Positions 1 to 51,383 of a stretch of 51,383 nucleotides of DNA are shown one piece after another (the first letter of the stretch is position 1; each line of letters begins with the position of its first letter). Origin of the DNA: Octopus bimaculoides (Eukaryota); the NCBI RefSeq assembly GCF_001194135.2, contig NC_068995.1, positions 52,186,279-52,237,661 on the forward strand, written 5' to 3'. Both the position numbers and the translations under genes were made by a program. The notes under the pieces were generated by a model that saw only the letters and a list, made by a program, of their open reading frames with translations, made no database searches and was not told the DNA's origin.

Positions 1-55
<55 letters not shown>

Positions 56-64
56 GAGTCTATA

Positions 65-99
<35 letters not shown>

Positions 100-110
100 T
101 ACACACCATA
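1..110. repeat. (AT)n/(AC)n compound microsatellite
   Basis: Direct reading. Confidence 0.95.
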
Positions 111-119
111 CATATAACA

Positions 120-1102
120 TTTGGAAGAATAATAGGGCAGCAATGCAATGTTTTTTTCTTGTTAAAAATGGAATAAATTAAAGGCTAGGTTAAAACTTCA
201 GTCTGAAATATGCAACATAGTTTGCAAAAAAAAAAAAAGAATTCAAATAATATTCCAAGTGAAGAACTGTACAGACTGATTTCAAATCAAAGAATGGTTG
301 TACATCACCAGCCTGCAGGAGAGAGAGAGAGGGTGAACATATGCACATTCAACATTAATGTGAGCAAGGAAAAAAACAAAAAGGCAATTTACTCCAGAGC
401 ACACAACATATAAGAATATGTACACATTTGAGAGAATATTCTGTGTTGTGTACACAGGTTAATGTGTTCACAGATTAATGTGTACACACACATACATACA
501 TTTGCATGAGTCAATAACTCATATATATATATTATATATATATACAGGTAAGCATGTTTGCATATGGCATATGTATATTAATGCGTGTGTGTGTGTATGT
601 GTTTTAATGTGTGTGCTAAACAGCATATGCACCATTAGTCTGCAACTACACACAATCAAAGTTCTGTCTAAATGGAAACAACACAAGTGTGAAGATGTGT
701 AATAGAAGCAGCAGATTTCACTGGTAAACAGGTCAGAAGACGTTTTTTGGTAACAACTTTCCCAAGAAGGTTCAAGTATCTGTTGGGACTAGTTTTTGGT
801 GGGTGTTGGGAGATTGGGAGAGGGGGGGTCCAATGATGCCAAAGACATCCACAGCCAAGTAAAGAGAGATATGTTTTGCGTATGCACAAGCATGTTATGC
901 GTATTTTGAATGTGTATGTGTGTAAATGACCAGTGTTTTTGTCTTGTTTTGCTTTTTCTTTTCTTTTTCCCCCCCCCCTTATTTGAGATGAAAGGATTCA
1001 TCCAGGTCAGTGCCTCTGAACTGAAGTCTTATATTGCCTGTTATTAATTCCTTAGGAAAAGCAACGGAAATATATTTTACAAGAAATGCTGAATCGAAGG
1101 CT
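120..1102 (-). other. Probable CHD1 3' UTR (may extend past the window start)
   Basis: U-rich, free of SINEs, follows the stop codon; no AATAAA seen, ATTAAA variant at 608-603. Confidence 0.5.
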
Positions 1103-48440
<47,338 letters not shown>

Positions 48441-49225
48441 ATGTCCATCAATTGATTAGTTTCTGAAGCAATAAGAAAAGGAAAAGTGTTTTAAGCTTAA
48501 GAGTGTATATTATATATATATATATATACAGTGCCGACCCTAGGGTTGCTGGTCCCTAGGCAAGCTGAACATCAGCGCCCTTACAAGTATATATATATAT
48601 ATAGTGTGTTTGTGTGTGTGGATATGTGTATGTATGCGTATGTACACACGTTTGTATGTGTGTGTGTACATGTACGTATACATGTTTGTGTGAGTATGTA
48701 TGTAGACGTTGTGAATGCAGGAGGTTTNNNNNNNNNNNNNNNNNNNNNNNNNNNNNNNNNNNNNNNNNNNNNNNNNNNNNNNNNNNNNNNNNNNNNNNNN
48801 NNNNNNNNNNNNNNNNNNNNNNNNNNNNNNNNNNCGTATACATGTTTGTGTGAGTATGTATGTAGACGTTGTGAATGCAGGAGGTTTATTTCTTTGCTCC
48901 AACATTTGAAACTCCGAGTACTACAATGACAACCTTTCACTGTTTGTTCTAAATTATAACATATAAATAATCCTCTATTTCTCCAATATCGAAGTCTCAT
49001 TCTTTTATAGCCAAAAATATTATGTGATCTGATGCTGAGCAAAATCATTCCTAGAATGTAAAAGAATGCCTGGAGTTGCTGCTTCAAAGATGAAAAATCC
49101 TATAAGAATTTTAAACATAGAATAACTCTGGAAAATGGTATCCTTTGCAAAGATGATTGTGTTGTTCTGAAAGAAATATCCAAGAAGCAAATCATTATAA
49201 ATGTTCATGACAAGATCTATTATGA

Positions 49226-49852
49226 TAGGGGCCACTGGACCATGAATCATTCCATACCAGGCCACACAGAAAGAATAAATTTTTAAATTTTGAGGTGTAT
49301 AATCGTAGAAATAAAGTATGTAATATACAATGTCACAATTACATTTGTATTATATATGCAACAATTAAATTACATAAATACAAAGGCGCATGGCTCAGTG
49401 GTTAGAGTGTCAGGCTCACTCATGAGGTAGCGAGTTCAATTCCTGGACTGGAATGTGAGTCGTGTGCTTGAGTAAGACATGTTGCTCCAGTTCACTCAGC
49501 TGTAGAAATGAGTTGCAATGTCACTGGTACCTAACTATATCAGCCTTTGCCTTGGATAACATTGTTGGCATGGAGAAGGGAGGCTGGTATGCATGGACGA
49601 CAGCTGGTCTTCCATAAAAGACAACCTTGCCTGGATTTGTGCGTTGGAGTGAAACATTCTCGGTGCAATTCCATCATCATTCATGACCGAAGGGGATCTT
49701 TACTTTTTTTTAAAAATCAAATTATATATTATGTACTTTGTATTTTTTTTTCTTCTTTTTTTTCATTTTGTATGCATGTAATCCCCTAGTCCATGGAAAA
49801 AGTGGCTTGCATGAAACCTGTCTGTGGTGCAAAGAAAATCTGGGGACCACTG
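49226..49852 (+). mobile_element. hAT (Charlie/MER1-like) MITE interrupted by a SINE at about 49385-49705
   Basis: Right end GTCCATGGAAAAAGTGGCTTGCATGAAACCTGTCTGTGGTGCAAAGAAAATCTGGGGACCACTG resembles the MER1 terminus as I recall it; left end degenerate. Confidence 0.5.
49385..49705 (+). mobile_element. tRNA-derived SINE family D (GGCGCATGGCTCAGTGGTTAGAG..GAGTTCAATTCC)
   Basis: A and B boxes; copies at about 8430-8590, 27370-27490, 42780-42915(-) and 43020-43288(-). Confidence 0.75.
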
Positions 49853-51383
49853 TGTTATGGCATTACTACTACTGCACACAATCATTTGAAACCTGGAGAC
49901 CTCACTATTTACGTAAATTTCAAAGACTAAACACACAGATGTTCTAAATGCACAGAAATAATGAATTTTCAAAAAAAAAAAAAAAACTGGCTTTTTTCTT
50001 GGTCCAAAGAGTTGTCATCTTATTCAATTGCAGCTGATTGAGTTTTTCTATGCTGGTATGAGTGTTAAAGGGTTTACTAATTTCACCTTTAACATTTCAA
50101 CAAATGCTGACCTTTTAGAATACCATTCATTGAATCATACATCGAGGTTTGTACCTGTTTTTTTATATAAAGACAATATTTGTAATGACACTTGAGATTT
50201 GTAGATTTTGTACTTGCAAATTTGGATATTTTCATAAAAACCTTTACACCTAATTTTTTTCCTTCCGTTTTACACCACAGCATATCTCTTGACAACCATA
50301 ATCCACTTGTCCGTGAAATGAGAATTGCATGAATTTTCTGCTCGATTGAATGCAGCAGGAAGATTAATATGTAATGCATAAAAAGAAAAGGTTGCAACAC
50401 TATGGCTCTAGCAAAATGTAACCACTAGACCTTTCGGTCAGTAATCCTAGCATCTAAGAAGTTACGGCCACTGCTTCTCTTTGAAACAAATTACAAATGT
50501 TTACACAGACATTACTCATTGATTCAAGCCTATTTTGTTTAGTCCTTCCTGTACAATAGCTATTTTGTTTTAGTTAGTATCTCCTGATACTATAGGTGCA
50601 GGTATGACTAGGTAGTTAAGAAGTTCACTTCCCAACCACATGGTTTAACATTCAGTCCCAATGAGTGACACCTTGAGCAGGTATCTTCTACCATCGCCCT
50701 GGGCCAACTAAAGCCTTGTGAGTGTACAGACACACACAAATGCATACAGCTGGATGCCCTTCCTAACGCCAACCACTCCGAGAGTGTAGTGGGAGCTTTT
50801 ACGTGCCACCTGCACAAGGGCCAGTCCAGCAGAATGTTTATGTAATAAACTACTGTAAAGCTAAAATCAAGTGAATCTTTACAGTATTTGACTGCATATT
50901 AAAGCAAGAAAACGTGAAGTGGATTATTTGGTAATAACAAATGTTTTACTTTGCTATCTCCTTTATTTGGCCAGTGCTTTTGTAACAAGACGGCTTATGG
51001 TAGGTGTTATCATCACTAGCTATATGCTTGAGCAATGAGTTCAAATCTTTTGCTTTCTCCTTCATGATAGTGGCACGGCATTGCAAGTTTTTTGGGGGCG
51101 CTTAGTGGCATCCACCATTTTATCAGAAAGATTTAAGGTGTGTCCAAGACCTGCAACAGAACTTTGTAATATACATCCAAAATTGAGTGGAATGGTACAT
51201 CAACTTCAGAATTAATCTTAAGCAAATTTACTGATCGCCTTAATCATCATCTGTTTATTGGATTTACTATATAGCACTGGATCTGTATAACATCGTTATC
51301 TCTGCTCATTTACCTTTTGTGAGCTTTAATTATATATATTTGTGAGCTTTAAATATATATATTTATATATATATATATATATA

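Noticed and set aside
48675-48887. 53-bp exact direct repeat on both sides of an N-gap (similar at about 46140-46330)
   Set aside because: Typical of overlapping contig ends left unmerged; most likely an assembly artefact.
50089-50400. 103-aa minus-strand ORF upstream of the CHD1 start
   Set aside because: No recognisable domain or convincing splice context; possibly a decayed transposon, but not supportable.
51316-51360. ~23-bp tandem duplication TTTGTGAGCTTTAA-TATATAT
   Set aside because: Simple slippage next to an (AT)n tract at the window edge.

Overview
AT-rich, microsatellite-laden eukaryotic genomic DNA with 8 N-gaps. The repeat families look cephalopod (Octopus-like); this is inferred from remembered repeat motifs, not from a database search. 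The window holds one large minus-strand gene, the CHD1/CHD2-type chromatin remodeller (double chromodomain, SNF2 ATPase, SANT/SLIDE DNA-binding domain, CHCT/DUF4208). I reconstructed it by hand as 38 coding exons from ATG 48440 to TGA 1103. All introns are GT-AG and all phases are compatible: 5946 nt, 1981 aa. The transcription start and upstream non-coding exon(s) were not found and probably lie beyond 51383. Introns carry tRNA-derived SINEs, RTE-LINE remnants, TTAA-flanked (piggyBac-like) MITEs, a hAT/MER1-like MITE and a mariner remnant. Best leads: (1) a TSD-flanked tRNA-headed SINE carrying a Penelope-type minimal hammerhead ribozyme, sense to the pre-mRNA, in intron 7; (2) candidate regulatory exons in the same 10.3-kb intron, which splits chromodomain 1: a 60-nt in-frame cassette that can double as an alternative terminal exon, and a 25-nt poison microexon; (3) a possible internal promoter with a Kozak-perfect in-frame ATG before exon 7; (4) a uORF overlapping the start codon; (5) a ~130-nt foldback hairpin. 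All isoform and ribozyme calls are predictions from sequence alone.
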